Below are positions 1-11,009 of a stretch of DNA of 64,000 nt, piece after piece. The number at the start of each line of letters is the position of its first letter. Position 1 is the first letter of the stretch. A program made the position numbers and the translations under genes. Source of the stretch: an uncultured Spirochaetota bacterium (GTDB taxonomy: Bacteria > Spirochaetota > Brevinematia > Brevinematales > JAOACQ01); assembly GCA_963783575.1 (NCBI GenBank), contig CAWAOD010000011.1, forward strand, positions 32,001 to 96,000, given 5' to 3'. Under the pieces are notes generated by a model. The model saw only the letters and a list, made by a program, of their open reading frames with translations. It was not told the origin of the DNA and did no database searches.

Positions 1-9
1 GAAGGCCGG

Positions 10-3000
10 GTGTTGGTGCAGGCAATAATGTCGCCGGGAGAAGAAAAGAGTTTATTCGGCGGGTTGATGGGAATATTGAAGACAGCGGAGCAGGAGAACC
101 CGAAGATAACTGGACAAATGATAGAGTTGGAAGGGAATGAAATTACGGAAGTGGTGGCGTTGAAGCTGGAAGAAAACGCGAGAGAGGCGGCAGGAGGGAG
201 AATAAGGTATAGTGAGGGAAAGAGATGGCTTGAGGAATATAAGGAAATAGAACAGGGTAAAGATACGGAAGAAATACCGTGGAAAGATGGAGGAGTGTAC
301 CTGATCACAGGGGGAACCGGGGGATTGGGAAGGATATTTGCGGAAGAGATAACGGAGAAAGCGAAGGAAACCGTATTGATATTAACGGGACGGTCGGAGT
401 TGAGCGAAGAAAAAAAGGATTGGATAAAAGAACTGGAACAGAAGGGGAGTCAGGTTAAATATAGTCAGACCGACATCACAGTCCGGGAAGAGGTTGAAGG
501 ACTGATTAAATTGATTAAAGAGAAATACGGCAAGCTGGACGGGATCATCCACAGCGCGGGAGTGACCAGGGATAACTTTTTTCTGAAAAAGAGCATAGAG
601 GAAGTGGAAGAGGTTCTTAGACCCAAAGTAAAGGGAGTGGTAAATCTGGATGAAGCAAGCAGGGGATTGAAGTTAGATATCTTCATACTATTTTCATCGA
701 TGGCAGGTGCGCTGGGGAATGTGGGACAGGCTGATTACGCGGCGGCGAATGGGTTTATGGATACTTATTCAAGGTATAGGAATGGACTTGGTGAGTCGGG
801 TGATAGATATGGTCGAATGTTATCAATAAACTGGCCGCTGTGGAAAGAAGGCGGGATGAGAGTGGATGAGGAAAAAGAAAAAATGATGCTACGGCAGATA
901 GGATTGATAGCGATGAAAACGGAAACAGGGATACACGCATTATACCGGAGTATGGGGTCTAGGAAGGACCAGGTAATGGTAATGGCAGGATACATAAACA
1001 GGATACGAGAGAAAATGCTTTCAAGGCAGATAGGTTCTGGAGAAAAGAGAGAGGAGACTAAAGTAAGAAATGAAAAGCCAGTATTATCGGGGGCTGATAA
1101 CGTAATACTCCGTGAGAAAGGGGTCAATTACTTTAGAAAACTTATTTCGACAACATTGAAGTTACCGATGAATCAAATCGAAACAGATGCATCATTAGAC
1201 AAGTATGGTATAGATTCTATAATAGGTATGGAATTAACCAATAAATTAGAAATAGTGTTCGGTTCCTTGTCAAAAACATTGTTTTTTGAATACCAGGATA
1301 TAGAGAGCCTTACCGATTATTTCCTAAAATCATACCACAGAAAGATGATTGAAATATTAGGAGAAGTTGAAAAAAAGAGGTTAACGATCGAAGATACAAG
1401 AAATTGGGAAGCAGGCGGATCGGATATAAAAACGCCGATCAAAGATCGGAGGCGGACACGTTTTGGTAATATAGTCAGAGGGCAAAAGAAAATAACAAAG
1501 GGAGACGACATAGCAATCATAGGGATATCAGGGAGGTATCCCGGAGCGAGGAATTTGAATGAATTCTGGGATAATCTGAGGAATGGTATGAATAGTATCA
1601 CAGAGATTCCTAAAGACAGATGGGATTGGAGGGAATATTTTGATGAAGATAAGAGTAAACTTGGAAAAATATATACAAAATGGGGGGGATTTATTGATGA
1701 CATCGATAAATTCGATCCATTATTTTTTAAAATATCCCCTAAGGATGCGGAATTTATGGATCCGCAGGAGAGATTGTTTTTAGAAGAGGCTTATGCTAGT
1801 ATTGAAGACGCAGGATATACACCTGATAAAATCTGTAATAATAAAAAAGTGGGTGTATTCGTTGGTGTCATGAATATAAATTATCCAATGACTACAAACT
1901 ATTGGTCGATAGCGAACCGACTGTCCTATGTATTTAATTTTAAAGGGCCTAGTATGGTTGTAGATTCCGCCTGTTCTTCTTCATTAACGGCCTTATATTT
2001 AGCTGTAGAAAGCCTGCAAACTGGTTCCAGTGAGTGTGCAATCGCCGGAGGTGTTAATTTGATCGTATCTCCAATCCATTTCATAAAATTGTCAGCGATG
2101 GGTATGCTCTCGTCGAGTGATTATTGTAAGTCATTTGGAAGTCGAGCGGATGGCTTTGTTGATAGTGAGGGAGTGGGAGCAATGCTCCTCAAGCCATTAT
2201 CGAGGGCTATAGAGGATGGCGATCATATTTATGGGGTCATTAAGGGATCTATGCTAAATGCCGGGGGAAAAACAAATAATTATATGGTTCCAAATCCTGT
2301 AGCGCAGGGCGAAGTGATAAAGGAAGCTATAGAAAAGGCTGGAATAAATGCGCGATCGATTAGTTATATAGAGGCTCAGGGTACGGGGACTCCACTGGGT
2401 GATCCAATAGAGATAGTTGGATTAACAAGGGCCTTTCGACATTTTACAGACGATAAGCAATATTGTGCGATTGGCTCGGTAAAGTCAAATATAGGACATA
2501 GTGAGAGTGCGGCTGGAATGTCGGCCATAACAAAAGTATTACTTCAGATGAAACACAGGGAACTGGTACCGAGTCTGCATTCTGAAGAAATAAACCCGAA
2601 CATAGATTTCAGAGAGACTCCATTTGTATTACAGCATCAGCTATCAGAATGGAAAGTTCCGGAGGGACAGGCGAGAATAGCGGGAATATCGGCGTTTGGA
2701 GCTGGAGGATCGAACGCGCATATCATAATAGAGGAATATGTTGATGTCAAAGAAAAAGTTAATTTTATCAAAGTTGATAGTGATAATCCGGCGATCATAG
2801 TACTGTCTGCGAGGGAAGAGGAAAGGCTGAAGGAGAGGGCAAAGGATCTCATTAGCTGTATAGAAAGAGAAAGCTATGGGGATGAAATGTTGGCAGAAAT
2901 AGCCTATACTTTGCAGGTAGGCCGTGAAGGGATGGAGGAGAGACTGGGTTTTACCGCAGGTACAGTGAAAGAACTAAAAGAGAAATTGAAGGGTTATTTG

Positions 3001-4908
3001 GATGGTGAGGATGGATTAGAAAACGTCTATAAAGGACAGGCAAAAAAGAATAAGGAAATTTTATCAATATTAGCAATTGATGAAGATATGGCAAAAACAA
3101 TAAATGCATGGATTGAAAAAAAGAAGTATGGGAAATTATTGGATTTATGGGTTAATGGATTATTTTTTGATTGGAATTGTATATACAAGGGACAAAAACT
3201 TCAAAGAATAAGCCTTCCAACATATCCTTTTGCAAGAGAAAGTTATTGGTTGACAGCGGGAAAGAACGGGATAAACCGGGATAATTCAGTACAATTGGAA
3301 TTTCTGAAGCCCATAGCTCAAAAAAACAATAATGATTTGGTAAACAATGTGCAACCAAAAGAAATAAAGACAGAAGAATTAAAAGAAAAAGGTAAGGAAT
3401 ACTTTAAGAAGATCCTGGCTGAAATATTAAAAATTCCTGAAAATAAAATAGATACAATGGAATCTATCAATAATTATGGAATTAATTCCATTGGGATGAT
3501 ACAACTAACAAATTTATTAGGGAAAGTATTTGAAAATATTTCCTATTCTATTTTTGTTAATAATCCAAATATTGAGGCATTGGTTGACTATTTTATAAAA
3601 ACACAAAGAAAATCATTAATAAAATTAGTTGGAACAGAGGCAGAATTATTAGCAGATAAAGCTGAGAATGAAGTTATTAATGCAAAAAAAGACGATACTG
3701 ATATCGAATCATTATATCCTTGGGAAAAAGATAAAATGATGCCTTTAGGAGTCATCCGGAAAAATGATATTATATTATATAGACACGAAGCATCACCTAA
3801 AAGAATTTTATTAACTGGAGTGACAGGAACCGTAGGAGCATTTTTATGTAATGAATTATTAAAAAATACTTCAGCGAATCTATATTGTCTTGTCCGTGCT
3901 GAACTTGATTTGATTCATTTAAAAACACGTATTCAAAATAATTTAAAAAGATTCAAATTATGGAATAATGATTATCATTCACGTATAATACCGATAAGGG
4001 GGGATATCACAAAGCCTGGACTTGGAATTGAAAATAAGGTTTACAAAGAATTGAGTCAATCTATTGATACAATATATCATTGCGCAGCGAATGTAAACCA
4101 TGTCCTCGGTTATGATATGTTAAAAGCGCCAAACGTTGATGGGACATTGTCAATTATTGAATTTGCCGGGAAAGATAAAATAAAACCCATACAATTTATT
4201 TCTTCTATAGCGTTATGTATGCAAGCCAAAAGTTTTGATTCCATACAAATACATCTATCCGAAACTTTATTAGAAAATGGAAAATATATATTCGGAGGTT
4301 ATGGGCAGACAAAATGGGTTTCTGAACATCACCTTATACAAGCTTATGAATTGGGGATTCCGGTTATTATTTTTCGATTAGGACAGGTGACTGGTTCCAG
4401 TCAAAATGGTTATGGGATTACAGCTGATTTAATGCATAACTTTTTAAATTTATTTTCAAAAATTGGAAGTGTCCCCGATTGGGAAGAAGGCACTATCAAT
4501 ATTGTACCAATTGATTATGCTTGCCAAGTAATATTTACATTGAGCCGACAGACGCGATGTTTTGGAAATATATATAACTTAATCAATAATCGATCAATTC
4601 CAATACAAAATTATTTCAATTATTTACAAAAACAAAATCCGGCATTATCAAAAATTGCTTTTGATGTATGGGCTGATTCTTGTGTTAAATATATTGGGAA
4701 ATTTCCGGAAAGCGATGAGAAAAATATTTTAATGGGTTATTTTGAAAAAAATAAAACAGGCCAAAGATTATTTCAATATCATTTTGTAAATTTTAATTTC
4801 AGTAATATGAAATTGCAAAATGCACTAGAAAATACAGGCATCAAGTGCCCTATAATAGATGATGATTGGTGGGATAAAAGTATGAGCCAGATAAAAACAT
4901 TATGGTGA
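10..4908 (+). CDS. trans-AT type I polyketide synthase, C-terminal part (KR-ACP-KS0-ACP-thioester reductase); probably 5'-truncated by the window
   Basis: KR GGTGGLG...HSAG...YAAAN; ACP YGIDSI; KS DSACSSS, EAQGTGT, KSNIGH; flanking subdomain ending LPTYPF with no AT domain; second ACP YGINSI; terminal reductase LLTGVTGTVG...GYGQTKW. Confidence 0.92.
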   Translation: MLVQAIMSPGEEKSLFGGLMGILKTAEQENPKITGQMIELEGNEITEVVALKLEENAREAAGGRIRYSEGKRWLEEYKEIEQGKDTEEIPWKDGGVYLITGGTGGLGRIFAEEITEKAKETVLILTGRSELSEEKKDWIKELEQKGSQVKYSQTDITVREEVEGLIKLIKEKYGKLDGIIHSAGVTRDNFFLKKSIEEVEEVLRPKVKGVVNLDEASRGLKLDIFILFSSMAGALGNVGQADYAAANGFMDTYSRYRNGLGESGDRYGRMLSINWPLWKEGGMRVDEEKEKMMLRQIGLIAMKTETGIHALYRSMGSRKDQVMVMAGYINRIREKMLSRQIGSGEKREETKVRNEKPVLSGADNVILREKGVNYFRKLISTTLKLPMNQIETDASLDKYGIDSIIGMELTNKLEIVFGSLSKTLFFEYQDIESLTDYFLKSYHRKMIEILGEVEKKRLTIEDTRNWEAGGSDIKTPIKDRRRTRFGNIVRGQKKITKGDDIAIIGISGRYPGARNLNEFWDNLRNGMNSITEIPKDRWDWREYFDEDKSKLGKIYTKWGGFIDDIDKFDPLFFKISPKDAEFMDPQERLFLEEAYASIEDAGYTPDKICNNKKVGVFVGVMNINYPMTTNYWSIANRLSYVFNFKGPSMVVDSACSSSLTALYLAVESLQTGSSECAIAGGVNLIVSPIHFIKLSAMGMLSSSDYCKSFGSRADGFVDSEGVGAMLLKPLSRAIEDGDHIYGVIKGSMLNAGGKTNNYMVPNPVAQGEVIKEAIEKAGINARSISYIEAQGTGTPLGDPIEIVGLTRAFRHFTDDKQYCAIGSVKSNIGHSESAAGMSAITKVLLQMKHRELVPSLHSEEINPNIDFRETPFVLQHQLSEWKVPEGQARIAGISAFGAGGSNAHIIIEEYVDVKEKVNFIKVDSDNPAIIVLSAREEERLKERAKDLISCIERESYGDEMLAEIAYTLQVGREGMEERLGFTAGTVKELKEKLKGYLDGEDGLENVYKGQAKKNKEILSILAIDEDMAKTINAWIEKKKYGKLLDLWVNGLFFDWNCIYKGQKLQRISLPTYPFARESYWLTAGKNGINRDNSVQLEFLKPIAQKNNNDLVNNVQPKEIKTEELKEKGKEYFKKILAEILKIPENKIDTMESINNYGINSIGMIQLTNLLGKVFENISYSIFVNNPNIEALVDYFIKTQRKSLIKLVGTEAELLADKAENEVINAKKDDTDIESLYPWEKDKMMPLGVIRKNDIILYRHEASPKRILLTGVTGTVGAFLCNELLKNTSANLYCLVRAELDLIHLKTRIQNNLKRFKLWNNDYHSRIIPIRGDITKPGLGIENKVYKELSQSIDTIYHCAANVNHVLGYDMLKAPNVDGTLSIIEFAGKDKIKPIQFISSIALCMQAKSFDSIQIHLSETLLENGKYIFGGYGQTKWVSEHHLIQAYELGIPVIIFRLGQVTGSSQNGYGITADLMHNFLNLFSKIGSVPDWEEGTINIVPIDYACQVIFTLSRQTRCFGNIYNLINNRSIPIQNYFNYLQKQNPALSKIAFDVWADSCVKYIGKFPESDEKNILMGYFEKNKTGQRLFQYHFVNFNFSNMKLQNALENTGIKCPIIDDDWWDKSMSQIKTLW

Positions 4909-7028
4909 TTGATACCTAATACTAAGTAGCAATCTATATAGAACTAATATCACGATATCCTTTTCAAGCTTTTTAATATCGGCTTCAATGGCTTCTAGCG
5001 GCCGGTGAGGCTCGTAACGGAAAAAATGGCGGTTGAGCGGTATTTCATAGCCTACTTTGGTTTTACTTTTATCGATCCAGGCATCCGGTACGTGGGGCAA
5101 AACCTCGCGTTTGAAGTATTCTTCGATGTTTTCTTTGAGCGGCACATTCTCGGTGTCGTGTAAATCGGGATCAGGCTCATATTCAACGGTTTGATTTTTC
5201 CTTTCATCTTCAATCTCGAAAAGACCGTATATAGGATCAGGATTATCCTTGAGTTTGTATTTGATCACCTTCATGGCGTTTTCATCCTTTTCCGCTAAGA
5301 TTGTCATTAATATCTTCAAACGTTTAGGTGTTAAAACGTTTTGATGTTCAAACGCGTTTTCTTTACATGTTTTTAAAAATTCATTGTAATCATAATGCGG
5401 TTCTTCCCCTATTATTTCCGCAACCCGCTTTACCAGAGTAGCGAGAGGGGAAGCATCGTTTTCTTCGCAATAATTTGTAAAATAATCCAATCTTTCCGTA
5501 TTTAATGAAACTTTCAGCCTGAGAGGGCGTTCCACAGTGATTTTGTTATAACCGAAATCGGCATTATCAAAGATTTTTGAAACAATAACCTTCTTCTTCA
5601 CACCTTCGATTTCCAGTGTCCGGGTTTCATCATGCTGAAAATTGCCGTATATTTTACTGATGACTGCTATCTTATTCGGCCTGTTTTCTTCACCATCGCC
5701 GATCTGATTGCGTTTATTACCAAGGCTCTTGCGCATTTTGACATAGAATTCACGAGAGTCGATCAGGTGGATTTTACCATTGCGTCTTTTTTCCTTACGG
5801 TTGGTGATGATCCATATATAGGTTGAAATACCGGTATTGTAAAATAGCTGGTCAGGCATTGCGATAATCGCTTCGAGCCAGTCATTTTCAATAATCCACT
5901 GTCGGATATTGGATTCTCCACTTCCCGCGTCGCCGGTAAAGAGCGGTGAGCCATTGAAGACAATGCTGATACGACTGCCTCCATCCTCGGGATTACGCAT
6001 TTTAGAAATCATGTGTTGAAGGAACAATAACGAGCCGTCATTAATCCTGGGTAGGCCTGCGCCAAAGCGGCCGTCATAACCGAGGGAATCATGCTCATTT
6101 TCAATAAACCTTTGCTGCTGTTTCCATTCTACTCCGAAAGGAGGATTGGCCAGCATGTAATCGAATTTGTCTTTAGGAAAGCCGTCTTTTTCAAAGGTGT
6201 CATCGGGCTTTATGTTGTCGGAATCTTCTCCTTTAATCAGCATATCAGCCCGGCAGATGGCATACGCTTCATCATTCCAGTCTTGCCCGAAAAGGTGCGG
6301 TTGAGCCTCGGAATTTAATGTTCTGATGTAGTTTTCAGCGACTGAAAGCATTCCCCCGGTTCCGCAGGCCGGATCATAGATTGTTTTCACTACATGACTT
6401 TTCCGCAAGTCGGTTTCTGGCGAAAGAAGCAGGTTGACCATGAGCTTGATGACTTCGTGCAGAGTAAAGTGCTCCCCGGCTTCCTCGTTTGCTTGTTCTG
6501 CCCCTATCCGTATAAGTTCTTCAAAAACATAGCCCATTTGCATATTTTCTATATTTGACGGAGAAAGGTCAATCTCATCGGAAGCAAATTTCTTGATGAC
6601 ATTGAAAAGTAAATTCTTTTCATTCATTTTATTTATTTGTACGCCAAACTCAAACCTCTCGAATATCTGCCGGACATTCGAGGAAAAAGCATTGATATTG
6701 CTATTCAAGTTCAGGGCAATTTAATTGGGGTCGTCGAGTAATTTTTTAAAGTTCAATTTAAAAGGTTATAGAATGGTACGCCTGTTATTGTCCTTAATTT
6801 AGCGCTTACAATATTATCGGACTTGCCTTTCAGGTTTTTGATTTCCGCTAAGACTTTATCTTTTGATGGTTCAAGAATAGAATCAAACCGACGCAATACG
6901 GTCAATGGCAGTATTACTTTCCGGTATTCATTTCTTTTATAAGGCCCGCGAAGTAAATTACAGATACTCCAGATGAAGTTAGCCATTTGACCATGTGTTT
7001 GCACTGACATAAGAACACTCCGATTCAA
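4900..7028 (-). pseudogene. hsdM: type I restriction-modification methyltransferase subunit M, frameshifted near 6760, with an atypical C-terminus
   Basis: N-terminal piece FIWSICNLLRGPYKRNEYRKVILP (6753-7028); main piece with DPACGTGGM and NPPF motifs; HFTLHEV replaces the usual HFTPREV; no hsdS or hsdR adjacent. Confidence 0.85.
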
Positions 7029-7244
7029 TTTATTAATTTTCCATCTATTATATTTGAATGAATACAGGTTAATATTGTGGAAGCATTACGTCTTACTTTA
7101 AGTGTATATTCATTATAATTGTAACATATTATATTTGCAAAAAAATTTACCTGAAATGATCTCGGTACAGTCTACATATTTGAAGCAGATAGAGAACACA
7201 ACTATATTAACATATCATCTATTGAAAATAGAATCACCCTAGTA

Positions 7245-7435
7245 GGCCTAAACCCGACATAGCAGTCACCAGGTGCAAAGTAAAATTTTAATTCCAATAA
7301 AATCAACAAGATCCTATTATTGCTTTGGGGAATTTTTGCTTATTTTTGGATGTTTTGAAAATACTGTAATGTATTGTTAATAAATCAATTACAAGAATAT
7401 ATCGCCCCTGGTTGCAGCTATGGTGGGTCTAGGCC
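7245..7435. mobile_element. MITE-like remnant with 32-bp imperfect terminal inverted repeats
   Basis: ggcctaaacccgacatagcagtcaccaggtgc (7245-7276) vs reverse complement of 7404-7435 ggcctagacccaccatagctgcaaccaggggc, 25/32 identical; AT-rich non-coding interior. Confidence 0.55.
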
Positions 7436-7600
7436 GAGATGGAATGGGAAGCCCTTCAGAAAGCTATAGATCAGGATTATCTTGTGAAGCAAGGAATGAT
7501 GATTGGACCTCTTGGAGAACTGAAGAAAGATAATGGAAGGACTATACTTCCAGCTGGTTTTAAGAGTGCAATAAAAAAATTGATAGGTAAATGATCAAGA

Positions 7601-7921
7601 GGGGTATCGCCAACGAAACCGACAAAAGTACCTCTAAGCTTGGACATGTTTCTGTAACTGATATTATTGCAATTAGTTAGAGATTATCTGCAGCAGTACC
7701 ATAAACCCTCGTTTTTGGGAAGAATTATATCTTATGGAAATTATAGCAATTTAAGCCTTATTTCAATCCCAAAACTAATACCATAATCTAATTAACGTAA
7801 TTACTCATATTTATTTTTTATGGAAAAAATAATATGTGTTAGCTTAAAGGTACAAATTTTTCATAGCACGGCCCTTTTATTCCTTTAGCGTGACTTTTGT
7901 CGGAAATGTTAGCGGTACCAC
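7601..7921. mobile_element. degenerate Tn3-family MITE (38-bp IRs, no ORF)
   Basis: ggggtatcgccaacgaaaccgacaaaagtacctctaag (7601-7638) has the GGGG...TAAG Tn3 IR form; partner at 7884-7921 matches 27/38; no TSD retained. Confidence 0.6.
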
Positions 7922-8202
7922 TAAATCTATTGATAAAACTTCATATTATCAAAATAACCTTGTGCTTGAGCTGCCATTTTAAATTTTATTTCACTATAAT
8001 AATATAAAAATAAATTGTACATATCACCCCTTATGGGTGATACGATCTCAGATCAACTATGTTATAAATTATATTACGAAATGAATTTACATCTGAAAAT
8101 TGTTGAATAAATATTCAGAATTTAATTTTCAACTCATTTTGAAATAATATAAGGAGTTAGAAATGAGTAAATCATATAGCATAGAATAAAGGAGGAAGAG
8201 TT

Positions 8203-8352
8203 ATGGAATTTTTAAAGGCTGGAATTCTCACAATTATCCTCATCGTTGTAATTGGCGTTGTAAATGCCTTTACGGTTGGTTTTGCAGAATTAAAAATTAC
8301 CGATCATAACAGCAATCCCGTGTCTGATGTTAGCATTCAACTTGTGAAGAAT
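8203..8352 (+). pseudogene. 5' half of a small secreted protein gene interrupted by the Tn3-family transposon
   Basis: RBS aggagg and signal-peptide-like N-terminus; the frame continues after the right TSD at 15272. Confidence 0.75.
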
Positions 8353-8433
8353 GGGGGGACCGCAGAATTCGGGAAAAATAGCACGCTAAGGAAAATTTAT
8401 AAACACTAACTTATACATGGTGAGCAATTTTTA

Positions 8434-8754
8434 TTAAAACGTTAGAACTTTATCTGCCCATTCAACCATTTTTACACAATCAACCATCGTTGACAAAGGG
8501 CAGGCTTCCGACCCTTCTTTATTTCTTAATTTTAAACATGTACCGCAAGCAAGTATTTCACCACCCTCCCGGACAAATATTTTTAACTGCTCATCGACAT
8601 TATATTTTTCATCGATTAAACCTTCACATTCTAAAGCTTCACCCATAAGAAATACCTTGACTTCATGTCCATTCTTTTTTGATGCTACCGCAAAACGAAA
8701 AGCATTCCAGGCTTTTTCAAATTCTTTTGTTTCAAGAATTATTCCAAACTTCAT
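8434..8754 (-). CDS. DsrE/DsrF-family protein
   Basis: VKVFLMGEA...ILACGTCL...ADKVLTF pattern; 106 aa. Confidence 0.85.
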   Translation of the reverse strand: MKFGIILETKEFEKAWNAFRFAVASKKNGHEVKVFLMGEALECEGLIDEKYNVDEQLKIFVREGGEILACGTCLKLRNKEGSEACPLSTMVDCVKMVEWADKVLTF

Positions 8755-8819
8755 ACTTTTCTCCTTTGATTATTATAAAATAAGATGTATCCTTGTTGAC
8801 AGTATTCCAATATGATTGA

Positions 8820-10095
8820 TCAATAAGCCGGCGTTGGGACATTTTCCCAGGCAGTGGATTTTTTTACAATTTTCAGGTTTACTATTTCACCGGTCCTTGT
8901 ATCAATATCGGCATAAAACGAAGGTGTTTTGATCGTATTAAAAGACATTAATTGTTTACCCTGAATATGGTTTGTATCGATGTTTTGTATTTCAGTGAAT
9001 ATTACTCTCCTGTAAGGACATGCATTGCAATTAAGAGATTGATCGTTGATTCCCAAAGGGCAATGATGTCTCCTGGCGACTGCGGGATCGACATGGTTTA
9101 TCAGAGCCATGTTTAAAGCAGGCGTTGCCCGCAAGTGCTGAAAAGGATGTAAAATCCAATCGTTAATTAAAGAAACAGTGTGATGCTGTTTATATAAATG
9201 AAAATTTTCCTCGGTATCGGCTATCATTCCCTGCATGATGTAATCGACGGGCATCAGATAACCAAGATATTCTTTATTTTCTTCTAATTGATCAATCTTG
9301 CCCTTTGTATGGTCTTTTTCCAGTTCATCTGCCACTATCGTCATTAATCTGGAATCTTCGGGCAGCATCGATACAAGGCTAAAATTGTTCATTGATGCTA
9401 TTTTCAGGGAATTCAATGTAATATTGTAAAGGGCAAAACCTGAAATCATAACGACAATTACAAGCGATAATGGGATTATTATATTTTTAAGGATTTTATT
9501 CGGGATTAATGTGTCAATAGGCCTGAACCATTTATCAATGAATATCGGGAAAAACATGCCTGTTTTTCCCATGTATTTTTTATAACTGTCGCCATATTGA
9601 TTCAACATCCTCCTTTCTTCGTCTTTGGCAAGGAAATAATAAATAATAAACATAATCGATAAAGTCGACAGGACAATAAATCTCGGCCACAATATGCTCA
9701 TTCCTATCCCCCACAACGCGAGCGAAAGGTATTGAGGATGACGTATTATTTTATATATTCCCTTGTCCGCTATACCCCATTTAAATATCTTTCCCAAATA
9801 AACCTGCAGCGCGCATATAATAAAAGATAAAAGACCGAGGACAAATAAAAAAGAACCCGCAATCCGGACTGATTTCAGGAAAATAGTCGGGGGCAATATC
9901 ATATGCGGTAAAAAGAAAGATGTCAGCCACCTTGTCGAAGAGTATTGGCCCAGGAAATTAAATATTGGATTGAAAACAGAGTAAAAGAAAAACGCAAAAG
10001 GGCTTATCATGATCCATGAATTCAAAAGCCATGATAAAAAATACTACTATCCCACCGTCGGCGAAAATCCTGGCGATAATTCCCTTGTTATTCAT
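8820..10095 (-). CDS. ICMT/PEMT-like methyltransferase-family membrane protein with a Cys/His-containing C-terminal domain; frameshift near 10014
   Basis: GIYKIIRHPQY and EERRML...Y..Y motifs; ATG at 10095 with ggagg RBS lies in a different frame from ORF 8820-10025. Confidence 0.7.
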
Positions 10096-10132
10096 ATGAA
10101 TCCTCCTGATATTTGATAATCATTATCAAGGC

Positions 10133-10531
10133 TTATCTTGAAAGTTTAATAAAAGATGTCCAGGAAATATAGGCGCCCATAACTATTACAAATAAGCCGA
10201 ATGCAAACCTTAAATAAGTAGTATTGATCTTTAAAGCAATTTTTGAACATATCCATGCTGAAATAAGGAGTGAAACCGCTATTATAATGCCGGCTTTGAT
10301 ATCGACATGACCGTTATTATAGTATTCAATAACCGATGCGATACTGACTGGTAATAGAAGTACAAAGAGGTTGGTTCCTACAGCCGTCTGCTGTGAAAAA
10401 CCGATAAAATATACCAAAGCCGGAATAACAATTAACCCTCCCACGAGGCCGAAGAAACCGGTCGTAGCACCTGAAGCAATACCGATCAAAATTAATAAAA
10501 TATATTGATTAAAATTCATAAAACGACTCAT
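10133..10531 (-). CDS. TauE/SafE (TSUP) family sulfite exporter, half-size
   Basis: GFFGLVGGLIVIPAL...AVGTNL; four hydrophobic segments. Confidence 0.8.
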   Translation of the reverse strand: MSRFMNFNQYILLILIGIASGATTGFFGLVGGLIVIPALVYFIGFSQQTAVGTNLFVLLLPVSIASVIEYYNNGHVDIKAGIIIAVSLLISAWICSKIALKINTTYLRFAFGLFVIVMGAYISWTSFIKLSR

Positions 10532-10859
10532 AAGCGGTATGAAGCATGGTATTTCCGGTTATAATGCCGGCTATCAGCATCGTTTGTATAATTTCATCTT
10601 CGCTGACGCCCGTTTTTTTTGCCTCTTCAATTTTTGTGTGAATACAATGGTCCGCTTTAAGCACTACTGTCGCAGTAAGAGAAATCAAAGCTTTTTCTCT
10701 TTCATTAAGGGTTCCATTTTCAAAAACCAGATGGTTATAAGATATGAATTTTTCAACTGTTCCAGATCTCTTTTCCATAAGTTTCAAGGGATTGGAAACC
10801 CAGCCGTTTTCCATTTCAATTTTGGAAATAATTTCTTTGTCCCTATTCATGTTTTCCAC
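10509..10859 (-). CDS. carboxymuconolactone decarboxylase/AhpD-like protein
   Basis: LNEREKALISL...ADHCIHTK...GVSEDEI. Confidence 0.75.
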   Translation of the reverse strand: MENMNRDKEIISKIEMENGWVSNPLKLMEKRSGTVEKFISYNHLVFENGTLNEREKALISLTATVVLKADHCIHTKIEEAKKTGVSEDEIIQTMLIAGIITGNTMLHTAYESFYEF

Positions 10860-10871
10860 AAATAGCCTCCT

Positions 10872-11009
10872 TTAAATTATTTTATTAGTATCGCATGGAT
10901 GTTCTTTTACATCGCCATGACATTCTGCAATTTGCTTTTCATCGCATTCCGTATTTTCAGGTCTTGATTCAGGTTGTTTGCAGTTGCAATCACAATTACA
11001 TTTTTCCAT
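10872..11009 (-). CDS. 45-aa Cys-rich peptide
   Basis: MEKCNCDCNCKQPE...ECHGDVKEHPC; aggagg RBS; start overlaps the end of the arsR-like gene. Confidence 0.6.
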   Translation of the reverse strand: MEKCNCDCNCKQPESRPENTECDEKQIAECHGDVKEHPCDTNKII

